NCBI RefSeq assembly: GCF_963506605.1
Contig: NC_083292.1
Span: 29,512,001-29,576,000, forward strand
Direction of reading: 5' to 3'
DNA: 64,000 nucleotides
DNA from: Zootoca vivipara
Lineage: Eukaryota
Part shown: positions 51,068 through 62,399 of the stretch, one piece after another
Numbering within the stretch: position 1 is the first letter of the stretch
Layout of the letters: each line of letters opens with the position of its first letter
Program-made: the position numbers and the translations under genes
Notes under the pieces: model-generated
Seen by the model: only the letters and a program-made list of their open reading frames with translations
Databases searched by the model: none
Told to the model about the DNA's origin: nothing

Positions 51068-51131
51068 ATGGAGAAAGCGTTCCTCTCCCTTCTTGTCCTC
51101 GTGAGGGTCTTGGGGTCTTTTGGCCAGCAAG
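51068..51131 (+). CDS. Short pentraxin PTX-C exon 1, signal peptide
   Basis: MEKAFLSLLVLVRVLGSFGQQ(G), donor CAAG|gtgggt. MEK...FGQ resembles the mammalian CRP leader. Confidence 0.88.
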
Positions 51132-53222
51132 GTGGGTGACAACCTCAGTTGCATTGGTGTGTGTTTGTGTGTGAAAAAGTGTGTGTGTGTGGGGGGGAGG
51201 GCTTCTGTAGCACAGTCTCGCACATACAAAACCTTTTTTTAAAAAGGATTTTAGATTTCTGACACAACACCTTCATTCTTTGTTTATTTAAAGGGATGGG
51301 TTGAATCTAGAAGAGGGGTGTTGTTGTTTTTTAAGGAGGAAGAAGAAGAGTTTGGATTTGATATCTGGCTTTATCACTACCCCAAGGAGTCTCAAAGTGG
51401 CTAACATTCTCCTTTCCCTTCCTCTCCCACAACAAACACTCTGTGAGGTGAGTGGGGCTGAGAGACTTCAAAGAAGTGTGACTAGCTCAAGGTCACCCAG
51501 CAGCTGCATGTGGAGGAGTGGAGACGCGAACCCGGTTCCCCAGATTATGAGTCTACCACTCTTAACCACTACGCCATACTGGCTCAGTGGCGGTTGATGA
51601 TCCCACTGCAAAATTCTGTTGCTTCAACCCTCTTGGAGCCAGGGGTGGAGGAAGCTGCTCAGGCACCTGGGGTGGCGCACCCAGGGGTGGGGCAAGCCGC
51701 CGATAGGGGCGGGGTGCACCACAGGGCCTCCGGAGTCTGCCTGTCTCCTCCCACTCAGCTGCCCTACAGCTTGGAGGAGGGGGGCATTGGGGGGGATCAT
51801 TAGGGCGGTGTGGAGCCTGTGCGTACCCAAGCCACCGTGTCTCTCCCAGGAGAGACGCTTGGCTTGGGCATGCTACAGGCCTCACGGTGAGTGCTGCCTG
51901 GCATTTTCTCACCCTGCATTGGTGACACACGGGGTGGACCGCACCCACCACACCCCCTTCCTTCACCCCTGCTTGGAGCCCCCTTCCTCATGGAGATGAA
52001 ATCAGGGAAATGAAGGACTTCTGCAAAGGAGGCATGGCGGCTGCTGCTGCTGCTGCTGATGGTGACACTTGAAAGTTTGGGGAAAATTCTTAGGGAAGGC
52101 AGCCTCAGGGCTTGCAGAACCTAGAACAGGTGAGATGCAGAGAGAGACGAGTATCTCCTGCTGCCTTTGATGCGAAGGAAGGCAGAAAGTTTTGATAAGA
52201 AAGTTGTGACATTTTCTCTCTCTCTCTCTGTTTGGGACTATTGCAGTTATTAATATTGCACAGCATGAAGCAATTGGATGCATAAAAGCTGACTCCTTTC
52301 GGAATAAAAATTGCCCAGGCTCATAATTAAGATTCAAAGCTTTACTCACCAGAACCTCTTCAAAACAGGCACAAAACTATCAACAACACATTCTAGAAAG
52401 TTGTATAAAGCACATGCATATCCAAGCATAGGTTCTTCTTCCTAAATATATAACTTAATTATGACCAGAGCGGAAATCAGTGCTTTGCCTCTCCCATAGC
52501 CTGCATCCAGCCTAAGGCCATGCAGCTCCAGAGAAGGCCTTTTATCACGTCCTTCTTTCACTGTGCCAGGGAACAAAAGGCAAAGGCGGCTTCCTTTCAA
52601 AATGGCGAATTTGCAATTGAGCACTTTAATCTAAGGTTAAACACTCATGTGAAGGATGATGGTTTAATTTCCTGAAATTAATAAAATTAATAAAATAGGA
52701 ATGTTTGCTTATGTTGGGTTACTGTGTCTTTTTCACATGGGGCTTTTAAATCTGGCAGAGGCTTTCATGTGATTGGCTGACTGTGAGTCACATGAGAGTG
52801 GCATTCCATTCTGTTGTGACTGTTATGCCTATAACTGTCATTTTTAACTGTTTCTCTCTCTCTCTCTGAGAGAGGCTACTCAGGATAATGCTGTGGGCAG
52901 TGTGTGAGCTGGTGTGATCTATCTGAAGTGAAACAGACAGAGGAAGATTCCTAAATGTTAATAAGGATAAACGTGTGCAGGGGCTAGATTGTAAATATAT
53001 TCTTCTCAGCTATATGTTTATGACAGTAAAGTTATTTTTGAATATAAAGAGTCTTTATATACTGTCTTTACAAAGAAGTTTTCAATCACTCAGAATAGTT
53101 ATTTAGCTTCCTAGTTGTAAGCTACTCTGCAAATTATCAAAATTTACACCCACACCCACACAGGCTAGCAGAGAACATCGGTAGTTAATTATCAACAGGT
53201 TATACCTCAGAGAGAGCTTCAG

Positions 53223-53446
53223 TACAGTCATACCTCAGCTCCCGAATGCCTTGGGAGTGAAACGTTTCAGCTCCCGAGTGATCGAAAACCGGAAGTGAGT
53301 GTTCCGGTTTTCGAACGTTCTTTTGGAAGCTGAACGTCCGACAGGGCTTCCGCGGCTTCCAATCAGAAGCCGCACTTTGGATTTCGAACGTTTTTGAAGT
53401 CGAACGGAGTTCCGGAACGGATTCTGTTCGACTTTCGAGGTACGAC
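53223..53446. mobile_element. Tc1/mariner (Tigger-like) MITE in the PTX-C intron
   Basis: tacagtcatacctc...gaggtacgac; body similar to 37820-37950. Confidence 0.6.
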
Positions 53447-53568
53447 CTTCAAAGGAATAGTTCAACGTGAAACCCTTAGCAACATACATACAGGCATTCT
53501 CCAATTCAGTGTGCAATTAAACAATTATATATAACGTGGCATCCTTAATTCTCCTCCTCTCACCTCAG

Positions 53569-54185
53569 GTTCGGGCCTCGCTGGGAAGCAGCTAGTTTTT
53601 CCACAGGCATCGAACTCTGCCCACGTGGTTCTGAAGGCCGCCCCGAAGGGGCCCTTGACCAGCTTCACCCTCTGCCTGGCCCACTTCACGGACCTCAACC
53701 GCCCCCACACCTTCTTCTCTTACGCCACCCGGGGAAGTTTCAACGAGATCATCCTCCTCAAAGAAAGAAACGACAAGTACGGATTTGCAGTAGGGAATGA
53801 AGCCGTGACCTTCACGGATCTGGAACAAAAATCGCTTGGCAGGGAGAACTTGTGTGCGACTTGGGATTCTGCCACCGGTTTAGCAGAGTTGTGGGTGAAT
53901 TCAAAGCGGATGCCCCGCAAGGGCCTAAGGAGAGGGTACTCCATAAGTGGGGTGCCGTCCATCGTGCTCGGTCAAGAGCAAGACACTATGGGGGGCGGCT
54001 TTGACATAAACGATTGCTTTGTGGGGGAGCTGCAGGATGTGAGAATGTGGGACCGGGTTCTCTCCAGTGAAGAGCTGCAGCTTGCTTGCAGAAACCTAGA
54101 CGTTCCTGGCGACCACGTGTTCGACTGGAAAACAGTCGATTATGAAATCAAGGGTTATGTTATTGTTAACCCCGTGGCCTACTGA
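53569..54185 (+). CDS. Short pentraxin PTX-C exon 2, pentraxin domain (226-aa precursor)
   Basis: Acceptor cacctcag|GT. SGLAGKQLVFPQASNSAHVVLK...FSYAT...NLCATWDS...LGQEQDTMGGGFD...GELQDVRMWD...GYVIVNPVAY*. Confidence 0.94.
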
Positions 54186-54670
54186 GGCAGGGGTTACCTG
54201 AAATACAAGATGCTGGTCTAAGAAAAGGTCTCTCTGTGTGTGACTTTTCTTTACTTAGCTATTCCTGTGTTGATCTCTGAAGCTTGCTGCAGATTTTGTT
54301 TTTTTGGGTGTGTGTGTGTGTGTGTTGTAAAATTCAATGAAATGTGAATTTCAAATGATACCTGCATCTCGGTTCCTGAATTGTTCTGTGAAGTGCAGTT
54401 AGGGTAATACAAACCAGACCAAATTTCAAACTCCAACTGAAGTATCCCCTTGGGTGTGGGAGGAGGTTTAAGGGAAGTCTTTTCCTGGGAAAGATTGTGT
54501 AACAATTGGCAGCTGGGGACGTTTCTAAATGAAACTTGGCAGAATCAGAAAAAGGTCACAAAAATCAGATGTAATCTTTTCTGGAGAAAGAAGAATTGAC
54601 AAGAGGTTTGCATTCCTTATATTACCACTGCACCACCTTTGTGGGAGGGCGGGGTATAAATACCGGTAAA

Positions 54671-54718
<48 letters not shown>

Positions 54719-55295
54719 GAGATTTTGCAGCCCCATGACTTCTCCTGAGCATGTTGGGCGCCTCATAAATAAGAAGACGTAGGGGAAAGAATGTGAGATG
54801 TGATACATAAGTAGCAGTCAAGTACAACATTCCTTGTTTTCCTAGAGTGGACATGCAAGGGAATGTTTGGTCCAGTTAGTTGAAAACTTCCTGTTTCCTC
54901 CTGACTGGGACTTACTTCCTTTTGCATGTGACTAGAGGTGGGCGTGACCTTACCTGCCCAGGTAACAAAAGGGCAAGGCACACAGCACACTCTCTTCTTC
55001 GCCTCTCTTCTCCATCTTGCTTTCGTTGTGTAAGCTGCAGTGGCTGCCAGTCTGCAGTCACTGGAATTACCACCCCACCCACCCAAAATATGGGGTAGAT
55101 CCACATGTATATACTTTGTAACTAAGTCTGCCTTCAGGGATCCAACAGTGCACTGATGTGAGTAAACTTCTTTTATATACTTTACACAAGATTGTGGCGT
55201 GCTTATTCTTTTAAGAGGGATATAAGGGGACTTACCAGGAACCTAATATTGAGAGGCTTAAACAAGTCTGCAACCAGCTGTCTGCTGTGCATTAA

Positions 55296-56400
55296 TTTTT
55301 TTTTAAAAAAATAAATTCTTTATTGTTTTAATAATTTAAAATACAAAAACAAGAATAAAGGAAAAAAGATACACCCAAAAAATACATAAAGAAGAAGAAG
55401 AAAAAATAACAAAAAGCAAAATACAACCATAAAAACGCTTCCAATTATTTAGTCTGTAATTTGTGTTTTCATTATTTTATCGCACAGTTGTAACTATCTA
55501 CTTGCCGTTTCATTTCTTATTATTTATACCAGGTTCAGCCTAGATCTATTAGGATTTCAGGTATACCATTATTCGTTAAATATTCTTCAAACATCCTCCA
55601 TTCCTTCTGTGTTTTTTGTCTCATTTGTCCTCTTATTCTTCCTGTTGTTTTTGCCAACTGTAGGTATTCTAACATTAAAGTTTGCTAATCTGTTATGCTG
55701 GGTAAACTTTTACTTTTCCAATTTCTAGCCACTAAGACTCTTGCTGCAACTATCCCATGTCCTTTTTGTTGTTTTAATGTCTTCTGGTATTATATTTAAT
55801 AAAAATATTTCTGGTTTTTCCCCTAAACGTATATTTTAACAGTTTCTTAAGTTCTTCATAGATTACATTCCAATATTTACATATGTTGGGACAGCTCCAC
55901 CACCTATGTATAAAAGACCCCTTTTCTCCATTACACCTCCAGCACACAGAGGATTTGCTCTTATACAGCTTGGCAAGTTTCTCAGGCATTTGCTACCACC
56001 TGTACATCATCTTTAATATATTCTCTCTTAAATTGTAGCAGGCGGTAAATTTCATATCCACCCTCCACAGTCTTTCCCAGGGGTCAGCAAACTTTTTCAG
56101 CAAGGCGCCGGTCCACTGTCCCTCAGTCCTTATGGGGGACCAGACTATATTTTGGGAAAAAATATGAACGAATTCCTATGCCCCACAAAAAACCCAGAGA
56201 TGCATTTTAAATAAAAGGACACATTCTACTCATGTAAAAACATGCAGATTCCCGGACCATCCGCGGGCCAGATTTAGAAGGCGATTGGGCCGCATCCAGC
56301 CCCCGGGCCTTAGTCTGGGGACCCCTGGTCTTTCCCATTTAAAGGGGGGTATAAACTCTGCTAAGTAAAGGAACTTGCTAGCGCAAGTTAGGAAAGTTAT
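55296..56400 (-). mobile_element. L1-clade LINE 3' fragment interrupted by a hAT element at 56078-56327
   Basis: CCHC-type zinc knuckle CWRC...H.WWSC; the inserted element has TSD gtctttcc on both sides. Confidence 0.8.
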
Positions 56401-56436
56401 TAATAAACAATATATTAATAAACAATATTAATATCA

Positions 56437-56729
56437 GGGAAATCAGCCCTGAGTGCTCACTGGAAGGACAGATCCTGAAGCTGAGGCTCCAATACTTTGG
56501 CCACCTCATGAGAAGAGAAGACTCCCTGGAAAAGACCCTGATGTTGGGAAAGATGGAGGGCACAAGGAGAAGGGGACGACAGAGGACGAGATGGTTGGAC
56601 AGTGTTCTCAAAGCCACCAACATGAGTCTGACCAAATTGCAGGAGGCAGTGGAAGACAGGAGTGCCTGGCGTGCTATGCTCCATGGGGTCACGAAGAGTC
56701 GGACAGGACTAAACGACTAAACAACAACA
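56437..56729 (+). mobile_element. BovB (RTE) LINE 3' fragment
   Basis: MRREDSLEKTLMLGKMEGTRRRGRQRTRWLD; (CAA)n tail. Confidence 0.9.
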
Positions 56730-57951
56730 TATCCTCTCCTGCCTCCCTGAACATTCCCACAAAGAAATTATAGCTGCCAATACTCCATTATTTTTCTTGT
56801 AAGGTGCCCTCAGCTCTGCCTTTGGTCTCCGAATATGGCCATCCCCCACAACAACCCTGTGAGGTAGGCCAGGCTCTGTGTGGTTGGCCTGAGGTCACAT
56901 GGTGAGTTTCATGGCAGAATGGCGATTTTAAGCCTGTTCTCCATCCCACATTCTTGAAAATAAGGTGAGGAAAGGAATAACCTCTGGGAGGGAGATGATG
57001 TTTCTCCATAGGTCTGGAAATTTATGGGATCCTTTGTCAACGATCTTATGTATTGTGGTTATGAATAGTGCACATTTGGAAGCAAAATGGATGAATAAAA
57101 CCAGAAATTAAAAATTGTCCAGTCCAAAAATATGGTTCAAAGGCTTTACTTACAGAACGTGCTTCGAAACAAACGAAAAACAAAAAAAAAATGTTACATT
57201 CAGGCAACAGCATGATATCATGTGCTGATCTCATGACAGGTCTGATCATGTCACGACAGGTCAGGTCAGGTCACGACAAGACAAGACAAGACAAAGCACA
57301 ACAAGACAAGACAAGAATGCTGAAGTGCAGTTTTCTAGCAAAGTAATGTGTGCAAAAATATACAGTCTATGCGCAGCTGATGCCTGCATTGATTCATGAA
57401 AATACCATATTTTTCTATGTATAACATGCCCTCATGTAGAAGACGCCCCCTATTTTTGGGGGGAAGATTGTATCCGTGTATAAGACGACCCACAATTTTG
57501 AACATAATTTTAAAATTAAAAAAATCCTAGTCTTATACACAGAAAAGTACGGTAACTTACAATAAGGCATTACATTCGGGAAACCATTTTGCGGAAGTGT
57601 GTATATCAGACAAAAGCGCATACAAAGCACCTATATTCACCCTAAGCTGCTGACGAACTTTCACAAGTACTAGTAAAAAAAATTGCAATTTCAAACCGAA
57701 TCAGAAATGTAGAGAATGGAAGACTGTAAAAACGAGAAATGGAGAATAACCCAAACTGACAGATCGGAAGAAGATTAGCATAGGTTCAGGTGGGGGAGGG
57801 GAACCTTTGGACCACCCAGATGATGCAGAAACTAGAGCTCCCATCGTTGCTGGGAGTTGTAGTTGAGCAAAATCCAGAGGGCCAACCCCCCCCCCCCAAA
57901 TCTCACAGAAATATTAATAGAGCGACTTCTTGACGAGCCAGCAAGAGACTC

Positions 57952-58634
57952 TCATAGCGCCACCCTCCTCCAGCAGGAGGGCACCGCTTGCAAAGGGCAC
58001 CCGCAATCCGCTCGGCTAACTGGCAAGAGGGTGTGCGTGAGAACAACGTTGCCCTTGATCTTGTATGCCAAGGACCCCCAGTTGATCACGGAGTTGGCCG
58101 GGATGCGTTTGTCCCCCACGCGGCACATTTCCTGGGGGCTCAAGACCCGTTCCCACATGTAGACGTCGGTGAGCTCGCCTACGAAGGACTGCATCAAGTC
58201 AAAGCCGCTCCCCATGGAATCCTGGTCTTGCCCCAGGATGATGGAGGCCCGGGGGGTGATGGCATAGCCTGGCTTCACCGCCTTCCGGGGCAGAGGGTTG
58301 CCATCCAGCCAAACCTGGACCACCCCGCTGGTGGAGTCCCAAGCCAGGCAGATGTGCTCCCACGCGGGCAGTGGGGTCGCCCTCTCTGCGATGTTCAGCT
58401 TCACCGCATCACCTCCAACATACAGCCTGTACTGGGAGCGGCTCAGTCGGTCGACGGCGATGTCGTTGGGCTCGGCCTCCGTGGCGTAAGAGAACAGGGT
58501 CTGGGCCCGAGTGATGTCCGTGTAGAGCCTCATGCACACCGTGAAGCTGCTCAAAGGCCGCTCCAGCCTGGCTTTCAAGACCACGTGTGCCGTGTTGGTC
58601 GGCTGCGGGAAAAGGAAGGTCTTCCTCTGGAGAT
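57952..58634 (-). CDS. Short pentraxin PTX-D exon 2, pentraxin domain with Cys-rich C-terminal extension (248-aa precursor)
   Basis: Acceptor ttccgcag|AT. DLQRKTFLFP...FSYAT...HICLAWDS...ILGQDQDSMGSGFD..QSFVGELTDVYMWE...RADCGCPLQAVPSCWRRVAL*. Confidence 0.93.
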
Positions 58635-58689
58635 CTGCGGAACCATAGAATTGTAGAGTTGGAAAGGGGATCCCCCCCCCAAGGGTCAA

Positions 58690-58936
58690 CTATACCTGAA
58701 GGAGCGTCTCCACCCCCAACATTCAACCCGGACACGGAGGTCCAGCTCCGAGGGCCTTCTGGCAGTTCCCTCGTTGCGAGAAGCCAAGTTGCAGGGAACC
58801 AGGCAGAGGGCCTTCTCGGCAGTGGCGCCCGCCCTGTGGAACACTCTCCCATCAGATGTCAAGGAGATAAACAACTATCTGACTTTTAGGAAACATCTGA
58901 AGGCTGTTTAGGGAAGTTTTTTAATGTGGCTGGGGA

Positions 58937-58987
<51 letters not shown>
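58690..58987 (+). mobile_element. L2-clade LINE 3' fragment plus (AAT)n in the PTX-D intron
   Basis: Same family as 20335-20705 (gggaaccaggcagagggccttctcgg...ctgtggaa). Confidence 0.8.
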
Positions 58988-60323
58988 TTCCAATCCCAGA
59001 CAGGTAAAAGCACTCAAGGAGGGTGTGAAGCAGGGCTGCTGTGGCACATGGCCTGGGAAGAGTACTGAGGGCCAGAAATATAAGCATGGAGGGCCGCATC
59101 TTGTTCCTGATGATTCCCCCAACTTGCCTTAGTCTTTGAGGAAGATGCTCTGACGGCGGTCTGAAAGACTGACCAGCACTTCATCAGGTTTACTGGGGGA
59201 GGGGGCAAAACATACTTGCAACTCTTCCACTTGCCCCCATCCCCTCACCTCAATCACTCAAGCCCCCCCTCCGCCCCCCACTATTTGCCAACCACCCTTT
59301 CCTCCCTTCTTCTAGAATGACAGCTCCGTGCCCTAAGACGGACCTGCAACGGTTATTTGGTGCATGCGCCACCTGGCGGCAGATCCGGATAGCACATGCA
59401 TGTGTGATTATTGCAGACTCCATCCTATTCACTTTGGAATATTGGGGTGGGGTGGGCACAGCTCAGCTGTAAGCGTACGGTATGCTGCGCAAGCATAAGG
59501 TCCCAGTGTGGGGACAATATTGGGCTGGCTGGAGGAACAAATTGATCTTCTCTGAGGCAGCTTTTTGCGTTTCGTTGATCCCTTTTATTCCTGTATTTAA
59601 GCCTCTGGTTAGGTCTCTTGTTCAAATCAACGGGGCTCACCAGTGCTTAATTCTGGGTTGTGCGTTCAGCCACACAGACTCTGTAAGTAATCAGGCATTT
59701 ACTGGCCAACGAGACTCTGTTGTTTAAGCCCCACAGTGGGAAGGAATGGAAATTCTGACATGCAATTTGAGAATTCGGGGTGGTGGTTGTTTTTTTGTTG
59801 CCGATCTGACATTTGAGAGTTGTATTTGTATCCTGCCTTTCCACGTTTCACACATAGGAAGCTGATACGCAGATCCGACCACAGGTCCAGCTAGCTCAGT
59901 ACTGTCTCCTGACAGGAGCTCTGTAGCATTTCAGAGTAATAGGAAGGGGTCCTAAGGGTCATCTAGTCCAACCCCCTTTGTGCTCCTTTCCCTAAAAATA
60001 AAGTAAGCTTCCAGTCCTCATTGTTCTTAATAAAGGGCTGATTAAAATAGGAACAGTATTGTCCACACTGACTGGCAGTGACTATTTAGAGGTTTCAGAC
60101 AGAGGGGTCCTTCCCAGAGCCACCTGGAGATGCCGGGATTTGAACCTGGGACTTCATGCTAAGCAGTTCCTCTACCCGCTGAGCTACAGCCCTTCTTTTT
60201 GGCTCCAATTCAAACCCAACCAGAAACAGGGATACTTCCACGTCTGAACTCACAATGCAGCCAGTCAGTCCATGCACACAGCAACACCCACAATAGCTCG
60301 TTGCATCTGATCAGAGCACCCAC

Positions 60324-60387
60324 CTTCCTGGGCAAGAGACCCTAACAGTCCGGCCAGGATGAGGAGGAAGATCTGAAGGAACCCCAT
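60324..60387 (-). CDS. Short pentraxin PTX-D exon 1, signal peptide
   Basis: MGFLQIFLLILAGLLGSLAQE(D), donor GAAG|gtgggt. TATAA at ~60490-60494 upstream on the minus strand. Confidence 0.9.
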
Positions 60388-60782
60388 GCCGTCTGTCTGC
60401 AGAATAAACTTGGCAAGTGGTTGAAATGGATCCTGGATTCAGCCTGTCCTGGAGGAAACCAAACCCTTGGCTGTGAAGTCCTCTCTGGGTTATATCCCTG
60501 GGCTGGAAGGGAGGGGGGCACCTCCACTCTCAGAGCAGTTCCATAGGGCAGAGATTAAAAAAATCAACAAATGGTGTCCATTCACGTCCCCTGGTCTTAT
60601 CTGCCTGTTGGTTAAATTTTCATTCCTTCCAGAATGAACCTGCCTCTTTCAAACCCTGAATTGTCAAGAACCTCTCCTGATCATTTTGCTAGGCAAGGAA
60701 CGCATAGATCCTCACATTTTACGGATCATGATTTTTCACAGTCTGATTTTCACACAAAGGGTGTTTCCATATTTCAAAAAGT

Positions 60783-60979
60783 NNNNNNNNNNNNNNNNNN
60801 NNNNNNNNNNNNNNNNNNNNNNNNNNNNNNNNNNNNNNNNNNNNNNNNNNNNNNNNNNNNNNNNNNNNNNNNNNNNNNNNNNNNNNNNNNNNNNNNNNNN
60901 NNNNNNNNNNNNNNNNNNNNNNNNNNNNNNNNNNNNNNNNNNNNNNNNNNNNNNNNNNNNNNNNNNNNNNNNNNNNNNN
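60783..60979. other. Assembly gap (197 N)
   Basis: Run of n characters. Confidence 1.
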
Positions 60980-61579
60980 AGATTTTTTGGCAAAATCACA
61001 AAGGAAAATTGGGGGAACGGCAAAAACGACACTGCCAGCATGTCATACATTTTGCTCCAGGCTGCAGCATTCCGGATATGTCTGGCAACCCTAGATAGGA
61101 TCACATACCCTCCAACATTTCTTGATGGAAATAGGAGTGTCCTATATAATAAGAATAAGAATTAGAATTCTATTATTTATACCCCACCCAACTGACTGGG
61201 TTGCCCCAGCCACTCTGGGCAGCTTCCAACATATCTAAAAACATAATAAATCATTAAATATTTTTTAAAAATTCCCTATGGAGGGCTGCCTTCAGGTGCC
61301 TTCTAAAGGGTGCGTAGTTACTTATCTCCTGGGCTCGGTGGTCACATAACTCCATGCCCTCCAATGTTTCTCCGATGAAAAGAGGGACGTCCTAAGGAAA
61401 AGTGGGATATTCCGGGATGAAATCAGAAAGCAGGACGGCTTTTGTAAATCCAGGACTGTCCCTGGAAAACAGGGACACTTGGAGGGTCTGGATCACTGCG
61501 AGGGACTTCTCCCCCACCCTGCCAACACACACATATATGTATTACAAAGAGCTCTCCATTGCCACAACAGAACACACCC

Positions 61580-61618
<39 letters not shown>

Positions 61619-62114
61619 GAAGGAAGGAAGGAAGGAAGGAAGAAAGAGGCATTTGCAGTGGGGCAGCCTGTTTAAGAGATTGGAAGAAGCTGCTGATTTG
61701 AAAAGCTGTCACCAGCAACTTGACATTTCTTTTCTTTTCAGTTTTGAGTAATTACATTTTGCTGATGTTTTGTCTTGTGGTTGTGGAGCAATGAGCAGAC
61801 TTTGCGGCTTCCGTTGGGAGGGGTTTGCCCCTCGCCTGTTATCTGCGAGGGTCAAACCGAGATCAGAGTGACCTATGCAGGACTGAGATGACAGAACGTT
61901 CCCTGCCAGGGACAATGCAAGCGTCCCAAAGGCCAGGAAAATGACGAATCTCAGGGGTGCCAAGCTATTAGCTGAAGAAGGCTCACCTTTAGAAGCGGCA
62001 GAATTGCAGGGCTTATAACAGTGGGACCTTTGAGTTCGTTGGCTTGCCTTCACGAAAGAAGAATCTTTGGTAAGCCACTTAGAAGTCCTTTGTTTAAGTG
62101 GCATATCAATTTTC

Positions 62115-62151
<37 letters not shown>

Positions 62152-62399
62152 GGTGCACAAGAATTTTCCACCCTGCACTCATCTCTCACCTGTGGCTCCT
62201 AGAAGCTGTCAACATGCGACAGTGGCTACACCCAGTGAAACGGCCTAGACTGGCCAGCTAAACCAGGTGAAGGGAGACAATGTGTGAGTTATGGACGTCC
62301 CCTGTATGTGAAGACAGGCTCTCTAGCAGATTCAGCAGGCGAGCAAATAGTGGGTCCAACGGTCAAGCAGGCGGTTTCTGCACTTGCTATAGAAGTATT

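Noticed and set aside
51146-51192. GT-rich repeat near the start of the PTX-C intron, recalling the human CRP intronic (GT)n
   Set aside because: Short, interrupted, and such repeats are common in this window; not usable as orthology evidence.
57988-58656. 222-aa plus-strand ORF
   Set aside because: Antisense shadow of the GC3-rich PTX-D exon with no independent coding signal.
58635-58689. N-terminus MTLGGGIPFPTLQFYGSA of the 245-aa ORF
   Set aside because: Intronic CR1 tail read in frame; the real leader is at 60324-60387.
60634-61165. ORFs spanning poly-X
   Set aside because: Artefacts of the N gap.
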